Source: Malacoraja senta (taxonomy: Eukaryota). Taken from it: a DNA stretch of 64,000 nt. Location: positions 173,476,001 to 173,540,000 of the forward strand of contig CM075978.1 in the NCBI GenBank assembly GCA_038087875.1. Reading direction: 5' to 3'. The translations under genes were made by a program, and so were the position numbers. The notes under the pieces were generated by a model that was not told the DNA's origin, made no database searches, and saw only the letters and a list, made by a program, of their open reading frames with translations. Below, one piece after another: positions 13,304 to 26,300 of the stretch; position 1 is the first letter of the stretch; each line of letters begins with the position of its first letter.

Positions 13304-13624
13304 AAGCCCTATCCCACGGTACGATTTCATTTCCAAGAGCTCTCCCGAGTTTAAAAAAAATCTAGCTCGTGGTAAGCACGGAGAATGAACGTAGCGGGTA
13401 CGTCGGAGCTCGGGGACGTCTCTTAGCTCTAACGGCAGGTACTCGGGAAGACTCGCTAATGGCAGGTAAGCACGGGAAGACTCGTGAAGATTTTTCAACA
13501 TGATGAAAAATGTCCACGAGAGCCCCGAGTGCCGACGAGTGGCCATTACTGTAAATCTCAGAGTTCGAATCAGGGCAAATTCGGGAGAACTCTTGGAATG
13601 AACTCGTACCGTGGGACAGGGGTT
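13304..13624. mobile_element. PIF/Harbinger-type MITE
   Basis: About 50-bp TIRs (aagccctatcccacggtacga...ctcccgagttt / aaattcgggagaactc...gtaccgtgggacaggggtt) and TTA on both sides (13301-13303, 13625-13627). Confidence 0.85.
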
Positions 13625-14560
13625 TTATTACAATATTAGAGCACCTAGAAGAGTTGGAGAGAACACAGCTGGAGTATTGAGTGCAGGCTCATTACGCAAG
13701 AAAGGATATCTTTCCACTTGACTAGCCTTACGTTCATTCGAGCTTTAAAGAATAAAAAGGACCCAATGACAAAGTGTCAACTTGGCGAGACAGTTAGGAA
13801 ACAGGGAGCATGTTCCCCTGGCTGAAGTGTCTAGAACAAGGAGTTACACTTCCAGGTATGGGTACAAGATTTAGGATTGAGATAAAAGATTTTTTTTTCA
13901 CCAAGATGATTGACCCTGAAATCACTCTCATGGAGGGTTGCAGAGTTCAAGTAGCTGAACATATTTAAAGGGTTAGATACATTTCAAGATGCTACAAGAC
14001 ACAGTGGTTCGATGGTTCTTGATTGTCACATATGCACAGCACAGTGACATTCTTTTGCACAACCACAGATGCTGTCACCATATTTTGGCACCGTTTAGGG
14101 GGGGGGAAACATCCAAAGTCCGGTGATCCTTAGAGTGAGCCCAGCAGGCAAGACCCAGGCTGCTGCAGGCCCACAACCCGACCTCCCTCTCCACTGCGGA
14201 CCCCCCATCAATCAATATAGTTTGCCATTAGAATTCCCATACTGTTGCCCTATTCTAATCGCATCATCTTCACCCTTCCTTTCCTCATTCCGGGTCCCTT
14301 ATATTCCCTGGCAACAAGAAGTGATGAGCAGAATTCACAGCGTAGAAACCGACCATTCAGCCCCGTAGGTGAACACCAAAGTTTGTACTTCACACAAATT
14401 TCCTTCAAAAAAGCCCTTTGTTCCTTGCAATATTTAACCAGTTTTCCCTTAAGTGTGTCTGCACTAGTTACCTCATCCTCATCTCTTCACATCAAAGACC
14501 TCCTCAAATTGTAAATGGATTTGTACAACCTTAATGTGAAGTCAATAGAAATAAAATCTA

Positions 14561-14822
14561 GAAACAAGGAACTGCAGATGCTGGTTTACAAAAAAGACAC
14601 AAAGTGCCGGAATAACTCAGTGAGTCAGGCAGCATCTCTGGAGAACATGGATAGCTGATGTTTTGAGTCAAATCCTTCCCAGGTAAATAGGACTAGCTTA
14701 GATTAGTTTTCTGCCCCTGCTACAATCAGTCTGCAGAAAGGTCTCGACCCAAAACATCACCTATCCATGTTCTCCAAAGATGCTGCCTGACCTGCTGAGT
14801 TACTCCAGCACTTTGTCTTTTT
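14561..14822. mobile_element. Penelope-derived fold-back mini-element with 15-bp TSD
   Basis: tagaaataaaatcta at 14546-14560 and 14823-14837 flanks inverted copies of the PLE terminal module. Confidence 0.85.
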
Positions 14823-15295
14823 TAGAAATAAAATCTAGAGATCTATGGCAGGAGATGAACTAAAATCGCTGGGATTAGTGCAGTGAGTGAACATGCCCTC
14901 AGAAATCTGCATCTTCCTAAAACAGAGAGCGTTCTCATTCTTGTTATAATTCTGGCATCAAGCACCAGCTCATGAACAAACTGCACATTCTAGACATACC
15001 GAGGGACTGTGAACCCTGACTGCAGAATTCCGAGAGATAAACAAAGAGGTTTTGATTCTTCCTTGTTTGACTTGTTTATTGTCCACCAGTGAGCAGATTT
15101 AATTCTGCACATTTTATCTCAAACCTCCAATGAATTAATCAGCAGACCTGACAGAAAATGCAAACAGGCGACTCCGGGGGAAAGAAATCTGCACATGTAG
15201 CACACAGCCAAATGATGCCCACTGCATGAGAATGTGATCAGGGGAACAGGTTAACAGGCTGAACAGTTCCGCAGTGGTGGCAGTAAAAAAAAGTT

Positions 15296-15594
15296 GGGCG
15301 GCAAAGTGCGCAACGGTAGAACAGCTATCTCAGAGCGCCTAAGACCCGGGTTCAATTCTGACTACAGATGCTGTCTATGCAGAGTTTGCACACTCATCCT
15401 GTGACCGTGTGGGTTTTCGCCGGGTGCTTTGGTTTCCTCCCACATCCCAAAGATGTGCAGGTTTGCAGTTTAATTGGCCTCTAAAAATTGCCCCTAGTAT
15501 TGAAGTTACAAAAGAGGGATAACATAATGATCAGTAGCCAGCATGGACTTGATGGGCTGAAGGGCCAGTTTCCACACAGTATCTCTAAACTAAA
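15296..15594 (+). mobile_element. V-SINE (HE1-like)
   Basis: tRNA-like head, V-domain and ctctaaactaaac tail. Confidence 0.85.
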
Positions 15595-15739
15595 CAGTTG
15601 ACATTTTTCTCCACAACTAAATAATTTCAAAAACCGTTTAACACTTCCCTACCGCACAGGAGCCATGTAGCTCATTGTGTCTATGCCAACTCTCAGAGAA
15701 ATACCATTGCCCTAAGTTTGTTATCCATTCTCCCCAAAA

Positions 15740-16300
15740 GAGAAATTGAGTATACAAATTGGAATGTGGAAAAAGACATTGGTGAGGCCACACTTGTAGT
15801 ATTGTGCTCAGTTTTGGTCACCATAATACAGGAAATATGCCATTTAGCTGGAAAGAATGCAGAGAACATTTACGAGGGTGCTGACAGGACACATGAGCAG
15901 AGCTATAAGGAGAGGTTGTGCAGGCTGGGACTTTATTCCTTGGACTGCAGGAGGCTGAGGGGTGGTCTTATAGTGGGTAAAATCACGAGGGAAATAGATA
16001 GGGTGAATGTACAGATTCTTTTACGCAGGGTAGGAGAACTAGATGGCATAGGTTTGAGGTGAGAGAGAAAAAAATGTAACCAGAATCTGAGTGACAACTT
16101 TTTCACGCAGATGATGGTGGGTACATGGGACAAGTTGCCAGAGGAGATTAAAGCGGGTGGAAGAACAACATTTGGAAGACATTTGCACAAGTACAAAGGT
16201 TTAAGCGATATGGGCCAAATGCGACTAGTTTAGATGGGCATCTTGTTCAGCATTGGCAGGTTGGGTAGAAAGGCTCGTTTCTGTGCTGTACGACTGTAAT
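15740..16300 (+). mobile_element. CR1 LINE 3' fragment
   Basis: SYKERLCRLGLYSLDCRRLRGGLI plus CR1 UTR. Confidence 0.8.
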
Positions 16301-16974
16301 GCATCAACTCTTAATGTCAGGGATACGGCAACACCTGGTAAAACTAATTTCCTTTCCATCTTTCAACATTATTCTGAATAATATGGAAACAACTTAGTTA
16401 TAAGATTTTGACATTTCTTTTTGTTTACTAGCCAAAAGCAACAAGTCAGTGGCACTTACAACAACGAGATTTCCAGCACTGTTCCGAGCAAAATCTTTTT
16501 AATTTACGCTCCCCCCAGTTTAACCAGCGGGAGTGTGAGCTTGCCAACAACAAGTTATCTTGTGTTAGCCACGTAACTTAAACTGCATTCCCAACCCATG
16601 TATAACAGTTTGTGCATTCAGACTGATTTACAGATTAGACACTTGTCTCCCACTACACAATTTAAACATTCCGGAGAACATTTAAATCTGCACCTGACCC
16701 AGAGGAGCATTCACCATATTCCAGCTGTTCAATTCTAAATTTGGGCTTTCTGAATAGCGATCCTTTATGGAATTGTCCGCGCTCTTTGCCCATTGCAGGA
16801 GTAACTTCCTGAAGGAGATGAGCCATGTGTTCTGAACCACTTCATGGACAGTTTGATGCATCCAGGTACCTTGACGGCTGACCTCAGGGGAGAGCAGAGA
16901 CAAGCACACTGGTCTGGCTGGAGTCGTGATCAAGCCCAGGTCACTCACGACTGCAGATTTATAACTTCATAAAA

Positions 16975-17310
16975 GCAGTATTAGGCCATCAGCCCATCTA
17001 GTCTACTCTGCTCATTCAATCATGGCTGATTTTTTTTCTCTCTCAACCCCATTCTCCAACCTGCTCCCCGTAATCTTTGATACCCTTATTAATCAAGAAT
17101 TTGTCAATCTCCGCTTCAAAAATACCAATGACTTGACCTCCACAGCTGTCCGTGGCAATAATTCGCAGATTCCCCATCGTCTGACGACAGAAATTCCTCC
17201 TCATCTCCTTTCTAAAGGTACGCCTTTTATTCTGAGGCTGTGCTTCCTGGTCCTGGGACTCTCCCGCGAGTGGAAACATCCTCGTCACTTCATTAATTGG
17301 CTCTTTACTA
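16975..17310 (-). mobile_element. CR1 LINE 3' fragment
   Basis: Minus strand RMFPLAGES...FRKEMRRNF plus UTR. Confidence 0.8.
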
Positions 17311-17877
17311 TCCAGCAGCTTCATCATCATGGTATTGGTTATTATTAGTATATAGAAACAGCACAAAAATAGGCCCTTCAGCCCACAATGTCCATGCCAA
17401 CATGTTCAATTAATCTCTTTTATTTGGCACGTGGGCAATATCCACCACCCCACCCCCTTCCCTGCATATCCATGTACCTACTTAAAAGTCTCTAAAACAC
17501 CACTCTAACATTTACCTCCACCACCACCCCAGCAGCACCAGGCATCACCACCCTCTGTGTAAAAAGTTGCCCCCACCACATCTCCTGTAACTTTGCCACT
17601 CTCACCTCAAAGCTATGCTCTCTAGTATTTGATATTTCCATCTTGCTAATGCATAGAGAAAAATAACAGAGCAGAAACATAGTGTTACAGCTATCAAGAA
17701 AGTGCAGATAAATAAGTGCAAAGGCCCACAATGAAGTAGGTTGGAGGATTGGGGCTACACCCTAGCTAATGGGAGGTCAGTTCAGTAGTCTGAGCAGGGA
17801 GGAAGCAGCTCCCACATTACATTAAGAGACTACCCTTTGAAAGTGCTCCAAGGTCGGGAAGATATTCAAACACAAAC

Positions 17878-18088
17878 AGCACAGTGGCTCAGCGGTAGAG
17901 TTGCTGCCTTACAGTGCCGGAGACCCGGGTTTGATCCTGATGACGGGTGCCATCCGTATGGAGTTTGTCCGTTCCCCCCATAACCTGTGTGGGTTTTCTC
18001 CGGGTGCTCCAGTTTCCGCCCACACTGGTCGGTGCAGACTCGGTGGGCCAAAGAGCCTGTTTCCATGCTGTATCTCTAAAACTAAAAC
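17878..18088 (+). mobile_element. V-SINE (HE1-like), internally deleted
   Basis: cacagtggctcagcggtagagttgctgcc...gggtttgatcctga head and V-domain. Confidence 0.85.
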
Positions 18089-19228
18089 AAGCCAGTCTTT
18101 CATTTATGACAGAGTTGCAAAATAGATTTCAGTAAACCTGGTTATGCCCGAGCTGATAACGGAGCATGAAAACAGAGCCATCGATGAGAGATATGCACTC
18201 TATCCCTGTGGCAGTGAAGAGAACCTAGCACTTCGGGCCACTACCTAGCAGGTCCAACCCAACAGGCAGAGTCATTATTCATTGTAAACCACCAAAGTGG
18301 TTGGTGATGTTGGTGGTGATGTTGCTTATGCAATAGCGGCCAAGTTAAGTGATGGGGCACACAGTGAGGAGGGGAGAGGAGGTCCCACAGCAGATCACTG
18401 CCCAGTGCCCTTGCCAAGGGCGGGCATATGCTGGAAAGATTAAAAGCCGATCTAAGTGACTGATCACATTTGCCCGTAGAGCAAAACCCCAGCAAGCAAC
18501 CTTCTTCAGCAGTGAGGCGAAGGCAGCAGGCAAAACACCCAGACACTGTGAAAGATTAAAGTCTCAGCAAAAATCACCCTATGGTTCATAAGCTGCCTAG
18601 CGTAACATTTTGGCTAGGTATTAAGTGCAAGTCTAAGTAAGCCATCTGTTTCTTGGTAATTACAGGATTAGTGTTCACTTATACAATCATATTAAATTTT
18701 CTTTTTAAACAAAATCAGTACGAAGAGGGCCTTAAAACAGACTAAGCTTGTAAATTATCAACGCGACACGCCAAGAAACCGGAACCCACAGGATGTTCAC
18801 ATGTAGAGCATTGAGGCAGGAGTTGCATTATCCGCTGCTTCCTAGCCCATGCCCCAGGCCATGTGCTCACAGCACTTTGCATCGCGTTTTTATGCAGCAT
18901 CGCGTTTTTATGCAGCATCTTTGATGCACAGGAGCATTCTGAAATCTGACAGCAAGTTACCTCAAGGTCCAAAAAGACAGAAACAGAGGAAGGCAAAGAC
19001 GTCAGAAGAGATCAGAGAAAGGAAAAAGCAAACCGCAGAGAGTCAAGAGAAAGGAATTTAAAAAAGTTTAACGGAAATCTAAACTGGGTCAGCACACAGT
19101 GGGCGATGGGTGGACGGGACTTGGTGCGAGTTGGAGACACAGAGCCAAGATTTGAAGGGTAGTTGGCAGAGGGTAGACAAAGGAGGCCATAGCTCAGTCA
19201 GCAACTTGACACCCGAGAGCCACGGTCA

Positions 19229-20446
19229 TCTATTATAATATAAAACTCTGATCTTGGATGTTTACTTGTGGGGATGTTTGCTTGCTTGAACTTTTTCTTT
19301 GATTCAGATGTTTTCACATCTCCTCGAAAACCCGACGCGGTAACAGCGAAATTTTTACCTATTCCGGTAGAGATTTATCTCATGATCTCAAAATTCCCAC
19401 CTGAAATTGGATTAATTATTTCCAGAGTTTTTTTACTAAAATTGTTCACCAATCTGACATCTTTTTGAAATCTAACGTGCTGAGGCGAGCTAGGATGACG
19501 TCACAATGCCTTTGCTCCTCGCGGCAAGCTGCGCAGAATTTTCAACGCGCAGGGGGCACTGTGTCCCACGAGGTCCAGTTACGTGTTCCAGCCGCACTCC
19601 ACCCCCCAGGGCTCTGGATTGAAGCCGTTGAACACGTGATCAAGTCGTGCTGCGCACTCCGCTGGGCTCCTTCCAGTTCTACAACATGGTCGTTATTGCA
19701 GCACTGGGGGGGAGAGGAGAGGGGTGAGGAGGAGAGGGGGTGGGAGGGAGAAGGGGGAGAGGAGAGGGGGGGAGAGGAGGGAGGGGAGGGAGAGGGGGGG
19801 GGAGAGGAGAGAGGGGGGGGAGAGAGGAGAGGGGAGAGAGGGGGGAGGAGAGGGACCTCCTCCTCCCTCCCTCCCTCTCTGCCCCCCCTCCCTCTCTGCC
19901 CCCCCCTCCCTCTCTGCCCCCCCCTCTCTCTGCCCCCCCCTCCCTCTCTGCCCCCCCTCCCTCTCTGCCCCCCCCTCCCCCCCTCCCTCTCTGCCTCCCC
20001 CCCTCCCTCTCTGCCCCCCCCTCCCTCTCGCCCCCCCTCCCTCTCGCCCCCTCCCTCTCGCCCCCCCTCCCTCTCGTCATCCCTCTCTCTGCCCCCCTCC
20101 CTCTCTAGGGAGTGGTGAATATTCGGACCTATGGGTGAGTGGTGGAGTATTGCGTTCGGGAACCAGCCCTGTGATGCTGCGCCCCCCCCCATCCCTCAAT
20201 CTCCACCCCCTCCCTATGTACCCCCCTCCCCCTCCCACCCCCCCTCTCTAGCTGCGCCTGCACAGTTGGGGGTTATGTGCGAATGGCTAGGGCGGGGGAT
20301 GGGGTAAAAGGAGCGAATGAATAATATTAAAGTGTGTGTGAGCGCACGTGCGTGCATGTGTGACGCCAAAGGCCGCCCCCTCCCCCCCCCCCCCCCCGCA
20401 ACCGCACATTGAGGGGACGGGACCCAACGGTTCCCCCCTGGTCTAG
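19229..20446 (+). mobile_element. Non-autonomous Helitron
   Basis: Starts TCTATTATAATATAAAACTCTG after host A. Ends with hairpin GGGACCCAACGGTTCCC (20419-20435) then GGTCTAG before host T. No TSD. Confidence 0.88.
19705..20105. repeat. Polypurine tract followed by polypyrimidine tract (low complexity) inside the Helitron
   Basis: G/A-rich run to about 19855, then an imperfect ccccccctccctctctg-type array. Confidence 0.9.
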
Positions 20447-20906
20447 TATCTTTCAAACTATGTTTAAAAAGGAACTGCAGATAGATTTATACCGAAGATA
20501 GACACAAAGTGCTGGAGTAACTCAGCGGGTCAGGCAGCATCTCTGGAGAAAAAGGATGAAAGAAAAGTCCATCTTTCAAAACTATATATTAGCATTGGTT
20601 TATTACTGTCACATGTTAACCAGTCAAATCATACCATACATGATTACAATCAAGCCTAGCATAAGCACACAAGCAGTGCAAAGAGAATCTAGTGCAGAGT
20701 CTAGTGCTACAGCGTTGTGGTGCTAGTTATAGAGAAAGCGCAAGAGCTGCAATGGGGTAGGGTTTGAGAGAAAACATTGAAAGCACTTAGTAGAGACCGC
20801 AGCAGCAGAGAGAGAAAAAGTCCACGTTCAAACCTCTAATCAAAACTGGACTTGAAACGTTGAAATCCTCCCTTTCCCCTCTCCCCCCCCCCCCCCCTTC
20901 CACTCC

Positions 20907-21295
20907 ACGTGACAGCGTGGGTTTTCATCGGGTGCTCCGGTTTCCTCCACACTCCAAAGACGTACCGGTTTGTGGGTTAATTGGCTTTGTTAAAAATTGT
21001 AAATTGCGCCTAGTATGTCGGATAATGCTGAGGTATAACATGGAGTCCACGCCGATCAGCGATCACCCCAGGCACTAGCACTATCCTACACACTAGGGAC
21101 AGTCTACAATTTTACCAAAGCCAATTAAGCTACAAAACCTGTACGTCTTTGGAGTGTGGCAGAAAACCAGAGCACCCGGAGAAAACCCACGCGGTCACAG
21201 GCAGAATACAAACTCTGTACAGTCAGGATCAAACCAGGGTCTCTGGCACAGTAAGGCAGCAACTCTACTGTGGCTGGGCCACTGTGCCACCCCGT
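20907..21295. mobile_element. Two V-SINE copies in inverted (tail-to-tail) arrangement
   Basis: Plus-strand 5'-truncated copy at about 20907-21040 and minus-strand copy at about 21042-21295. Confidence 0.75.
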
Positions 21296-22222
21296 CATAA
21301 GTAATTGATCAAAGGTGACGTTTTGAAGCACTGGTCATTAGAGAATATATAGGGAGGAGGGGTAACTGGGAAATGTTTACCAATGAATACCATGAATGGT
21401 ACAACAGAGTGCTGCCGCCTCACAGCCCTTGTGGTCTGGGTTCAAAGTTGACATACAGTACTGTCTGTGTGGTGTTTCCATGCTCTCCCTGTAATCACAT
21501 GGGATTCATCACATATCCCAAAGACGAGCTGATTGATAGGGTAACTTCTGCACCCAGTGCATGGATGGAAGGTCAGCAAGTTAATGGGCAAGTGCAGGAT
21601 AGGTTAGAGGGAAGTTGGAGAATGGCACTGAAGGGAAACTCAACTGGAATAGACTCAATGGACCAAATATTTTCTCTTGACATTTAAGAGGCAAGATATA
21701 AATCAAACAACTATAGTGCATGTACTTTTCTGTATGACTTCAGAGTTTACCGCAGAGTAGAGTTTACTACACGTTAGGGATTTCAGATGGTCACAGTGAC
21801 TACTGACTTTTGAATGAACCATTCAATATAAATCATTTTCCCTCCCTAATCGGACGGAAGCTCTTGCTTGTGAAAAGAGCACGGGGAAGATTGTAAAGTA
21901 AACTTCTGTAAACTCTGGAAAAAAGTGAAATAAAACAGAAGACGCCAGAGGTGTTCAGCTAGTCACTGGCCGGGTGGGAAGGGGGTGATGGGCGAGAACG
22001 ATGGGGAGAGGAAAGATACAGCAGTAGAGATCAGAGCTAAAACTAAAAACATTTGCCCATGGTTCGTTACTTAGAATTGTGAACAGTAGAATATTAGATT
22101 TTAAGATGCATGTCAAATCAACAACACAAACTATAATCTAATCGTGAGATAAGCCATAAGAATCAAAACCAAGCTGTTGTCAAACCTACATGAACAGTCT
22201 CAAGGTGTTCCCTCATTTTAAA

Positions 22223-22574
22223 ATGAAACAAGAGCAGACCCGTTGGGTCTGGACCCCGAACGTGCTTGAGACCCCGGGGCGAAAATCGCTAGCGAAATAA
22301 AAAAAATGGCATAGTTTTTGGAGCAGAGCGGGTCGGCAGCAGCCAGCAGGAGGAGACAAAATGAGTGAGTGGTGTGGGGGGGGGGATGGATTTTATTTTA
22401 AAATGTACATAAAAATGTCTAAATCGAATAAGGAGTGTGTTAGGGTATGTAAAAGTGTAATGTCTAGCGAAATGGAAAAAATAGCGGTGTTTTCGCGTGT
22501 GGTTTTGGCGGAGCAAGGAATCAAAGGCGCAAATCTGACACAAACACACACACCCACAGAGTTTTAATAGTATA
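22223..22574 (-). mobile_element. Non-autonomous Helitron unit B (short; lacks the first 4 nt of the 5' end)
   Basis: Minus strand begins TATACTATTAAAACTCTG; 3' hairpin CAGACCCAACGGGTCTG at 22235-22251; degenerate terminal CTAG; homologous to unit A. Confidence 0.8.
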
Positions 22575-23386
22575 CTAGACCAAGTGCAGCTGGTCCCCGA
22601 ACGTGCTTCAGACCCCAGGGTCTGGTTCCCGAACGTGCTTCAGCGTCTTGACGGCGTAGGCAGCGTCTGGACGGCGTACGCCGTCAAGACACTGCGTACG
22701 ACGTCGAGACGCTGCATACGGCCTAAATGGGGCTGCGGGCCGACAGGCCGTTGACAAGCCTGCTCTGTCACGCTGGCTGAAGGCAAAGATGGGTTGTTCC
22801 GCCGCTGCTTTCGGCGTCCTCGGACAGAGGACGGCGAAAAGCAGAGGGGGAAGAGCCGATGTTTGGCTTGAGCCAGCGTGAGAGAGCCGGCCCGGGGGGG
22901 GTTGTGGAGGAGAGCTGGGCGGCAGCAGCAAAAATCGGCAGGGAAAAAATAAAAATGTCGGCTTTTTGGAGGAGAGCCGGGCGCTTGAGCCAGCGTGAGA
23001 GAGCCGGCCCGGGGGGGGGGGGGGGGTGTGGGGTAGTGGAGGAGAGCCGGGCGACAGCTGTGAAGTCGCTTGCGACAAGTAAAAAATGGCTGCGTTTTTG
23101 GAGCAGAGCCGGGCGGCAGCAGCCGTTATGGTGGCTGGCCAGCAGGAGGAGACAATATGAGTGAGTGGGGGGGGGGGGGGGGTGGATTGATTTTATTTTA
23201 AAATGTGTACATAAAAATGTCTAAATCTAATGAGTGTGTTAGGGTATGTAAAAGTGTAATGTCTAGCGAAATGGAAAAAATCGTGGAGTTTTGGCGTGTG
23301 GTTTTGGCAGAGCAAGGAATCAAAGCCAAATGTGACACCCACAAATAAATAAACACATCCACACACACACAGAGTTTTAATAGTAT

Positions 23387-23391
<5 letters not shown>
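22575..23391 (-). mobile_element. Non-autonomous Helitron unit A
   Basis: Minus strand starts TCTATATACTATTAAAACTCTG at 23391 and ends CACTTGGTCTAG at 22575, followed by T. Contains an internal ~100-bp duplication and a CpG-rich palindrome. Confidence 0.85.

Positions 23392-23433
<42 letters not shown>
23388..23433. repeat. (GATA/TCTA)n microsatellite, about 11 units
   Basis: Directly visible and contiguous with the Helitron 5' end. Confidence 0.97.
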
Positions 23434-23434
<1 letters not shown>

Positions 23435-23702
23435 ACTAATTTAATGCATTGAAAGCCATAACTCTTGCAGTTGCAATTCGTTTTACCTCTGGACTGAGGG
23501 AAACTAAATGATAAAGTAACTGGAGACACAATAAATTGCAGATGCTGGAACTTTGAGCAAAACACAAAGTGTTGAAGGAATTCAGTGGGTCACGCAGCTT
23601 CTATAGAGGGAATGGACAAACGGTGTTTAGGATCAGGAGCTTCAGACAGGATTCACTCTGGAACAGGAACAGAGATAAACCTTGCTTCAGGCCTCTTCGC
23701 TG

Positions 23703-24005
23703 AAGGATACAGCATGGAAACAGGCCCTTCGGCCCACTGAGTCCATGTCGATCATCAATCACACCATGTATCCCACTTGCTCATCCACACTCTACTAACT
23801 TGGGACAATTTACATTTTTATTACCAAATCCAATTAACCAACAAACCTGCACATCTTGCGAGTATGTGAGGTAACTGGAGCACCCAGTGAAAACCCACGT
23901 GGTCACAGAGTGAACGGACAAACTCTTTACAGAGAGAACCCTTAATCAGGATCAAACCTGGGCCTCTGGCGCTGTGAGGCAGCAACTCCACCACTGCGTC
24001 GCCCT
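23703..24005 (-). mobile_element. V-SINE (HE1-like)
   Basis: Reverse complement of the SINE at 3048. Confidence 0.8.
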
Positions 24006-26300
24006 AAGTGGCGTGGTATCATCCCACCCTCTTCACCGGTCACTTGCTGAATGTTCAACCACATGACAGGCCCTCAGAGGCCTGGCCATGGAAAACTGTT
24101 GCATTGGAGTTCGGCAATGTCGACACTAATGGGGGAAAACTGGGCAGAACTTCCAAATAGTGCTAGATGTTGCGAGGACTTGAGAGCCTGAGCTGCAGGG
24201 AGAGAGGTTGGGCAGGCTCGGACTTTATCCTCGGAGCACAAGAGGCTGCGGAGTGATAAGATCATGAGTGGAATAGATAAGGTAGATGCACAGAGTCTTT
24301 TACCCAGAGCATGGGAATCAAGAACCAGAGGCCAAAGGTTTAAGGTGAGAGTGGAATGATTTAATAAGAATCGGACGGGAAACTTTTGTTGCCAGGATTT
24401 GAGGGAAGCTCAATCCTTCAAATCCTGGCAACATCCTCAGTCAGTCATTATGATCAGTCTTTGATCAGAGTATAATCAACCATTTTAAAAACCCAATTCC
24501 CTGAAAATTAATTAAAAAGCCACAAGAGCTTTGGATTTACCAGATGATGAATGTAGGAAACATTGGCAGGGTAAGATTCAAGTAGCCCATTATAGAAGGC
24601 ACTAAAACAACACAGTACTCTGAAGAGCATCAGGGGACTATACAAGCAGATTACCTGGTCAATCATCCCTGTCAGTTCTGGAAGGGTTCTGGGCATCAAT
24701 TCTGCCTGTTCACCCTTCTACAACAGTGACAGCATTTCAAAAACATGGACCCCGGCGCAAATTACTGACCCATCCTCAGAAAACCATTCATCCAAACCTT
24801 TTTTGATTTATGAGTCTTCAATGGAAACAGTTTCAATTAGGGATTGGAATCAATATTGGGCTTGTTTCCAAGCAAGAAGAATTTTTTTTTTAATATAAAG
24901 AGGGAAGACACACGGTGTTGGAGTAACTCAGCAGGTCAGATCCTGCAGGCCTCGGCAGACTGAGTGCAAGTGTTCAGCCAAACAGCCGCTGAGTCTATGC
25001 CTGGTCTCGCCAATGTAAAGGATGCAGATAGGTATGAACCTATTAACCTGTACGAATGAGGAATAGAAGAGTGGGAACATCAGTCAAAATCTACTGCTCC
25101 CAACACAGCCAGCATCTGCTGCTCCAGTGGAAAAGAGTGGCTCAGTCCTCTGAAACTTACATCTCCGATTCACCAGGATTGAGGGTGGAGAACTGTGACC
25201 AAAAGCAACAGCAATCTTGATATTTCCTTTTGTTTTAGAAGCCTACCTCATGCCAAATTTCTTGCATTCTTTTATAACTGCACCAATTCCGTAAATGAGA
25301 ATTAGATCCACCCTCCCCATAGACCCTCTGGCTTTTCACTGATGCAACACGCTGAACATTAATCTCTGCTGCTTCGATACCCAGTCAATCACAGCCGTCC
25401 CCCGATAGTGAACGTCACTGTCTGCAAACATGTGGATTCCTTAATGGCCGGAGAAAGTAAGGGAGCAGTACTGAACAGCAATTGGGCATAGGGCCCCGAT
25501 ACACTCCCTGCAAGGCAAATCTATCCTTTCTTGTGTAAGAAGACCAGAACTGTGTCGTGCTCTCAGTGGGGCTTGATATCATCGCTCTTTACTTTAAACT
25601 CTTAATAAACGACAATGTACCAAATCTGCCTGTCAAATTATCTCCTCGACCAAGTTCACCTGTTACTGCCCATGCTCTGCCCTACCCTTCTTTTCAAGCT
25701 TTCTTTCCTGCCCCCTACAATCAGTCTGAAGAAGATTTCCGACTTGAAACATCGCCTATCCATGCTCTCCAGGGATGCAGCCTGACCCGCTGAGTTACTC
25801 CAGCATCTGTGTCTGCCAAAAATGTACCATTTGCCTGCACTGTGATGATAGGACTCAAGATTTTAGGGTGATGTAGTGGTGCAGCTAATAGACCTCTTAC
25901 TTCACAGCCCCAGAGACGCATGTTTGATCCGTTTAGAGTACTGTAAGTAGCTCTGCTTGCCTCATTTACTCATCCTCAGGAACGATGTAGAGCCTTTGGA
26001 TAGGGTGCAAAAAGAGGTTTACCAAATCTGTTCCTGGATTGGAGGGTACTAACTACAGGGAGAGCAGGACAAACGTGGATTGTTTACTGCAGATTGTCGG
26101 TGGTTGAGGGGAGACGTGATAGAAGTATATAAAATTATGAGAGGCACAGAGTAGAGTCTTTTAATCAATTGGGAAAAGGACAAAGATTAAAGGACTGAAG
26201 GTTTGACTGATTGAAAGATACACCATGAACAGGCCCTCTGACCCATCAAGTCCATGCCGACCATTGATCACCCATGCACGGAGGAAGTGAAAGATGGAAT

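Noticed and set aside
16682-16948. 88-aa minus-strand ORF as a host exon
   Set aside because: No protein family recognised and weak splice signals.
19465-20251. Overlapping 122-217 aa Gly/Glu/Pro-rich ORFs
   Set aside because: They come from a stop-free low-complexity tract inside a Helitron, open in most frames on both strands.
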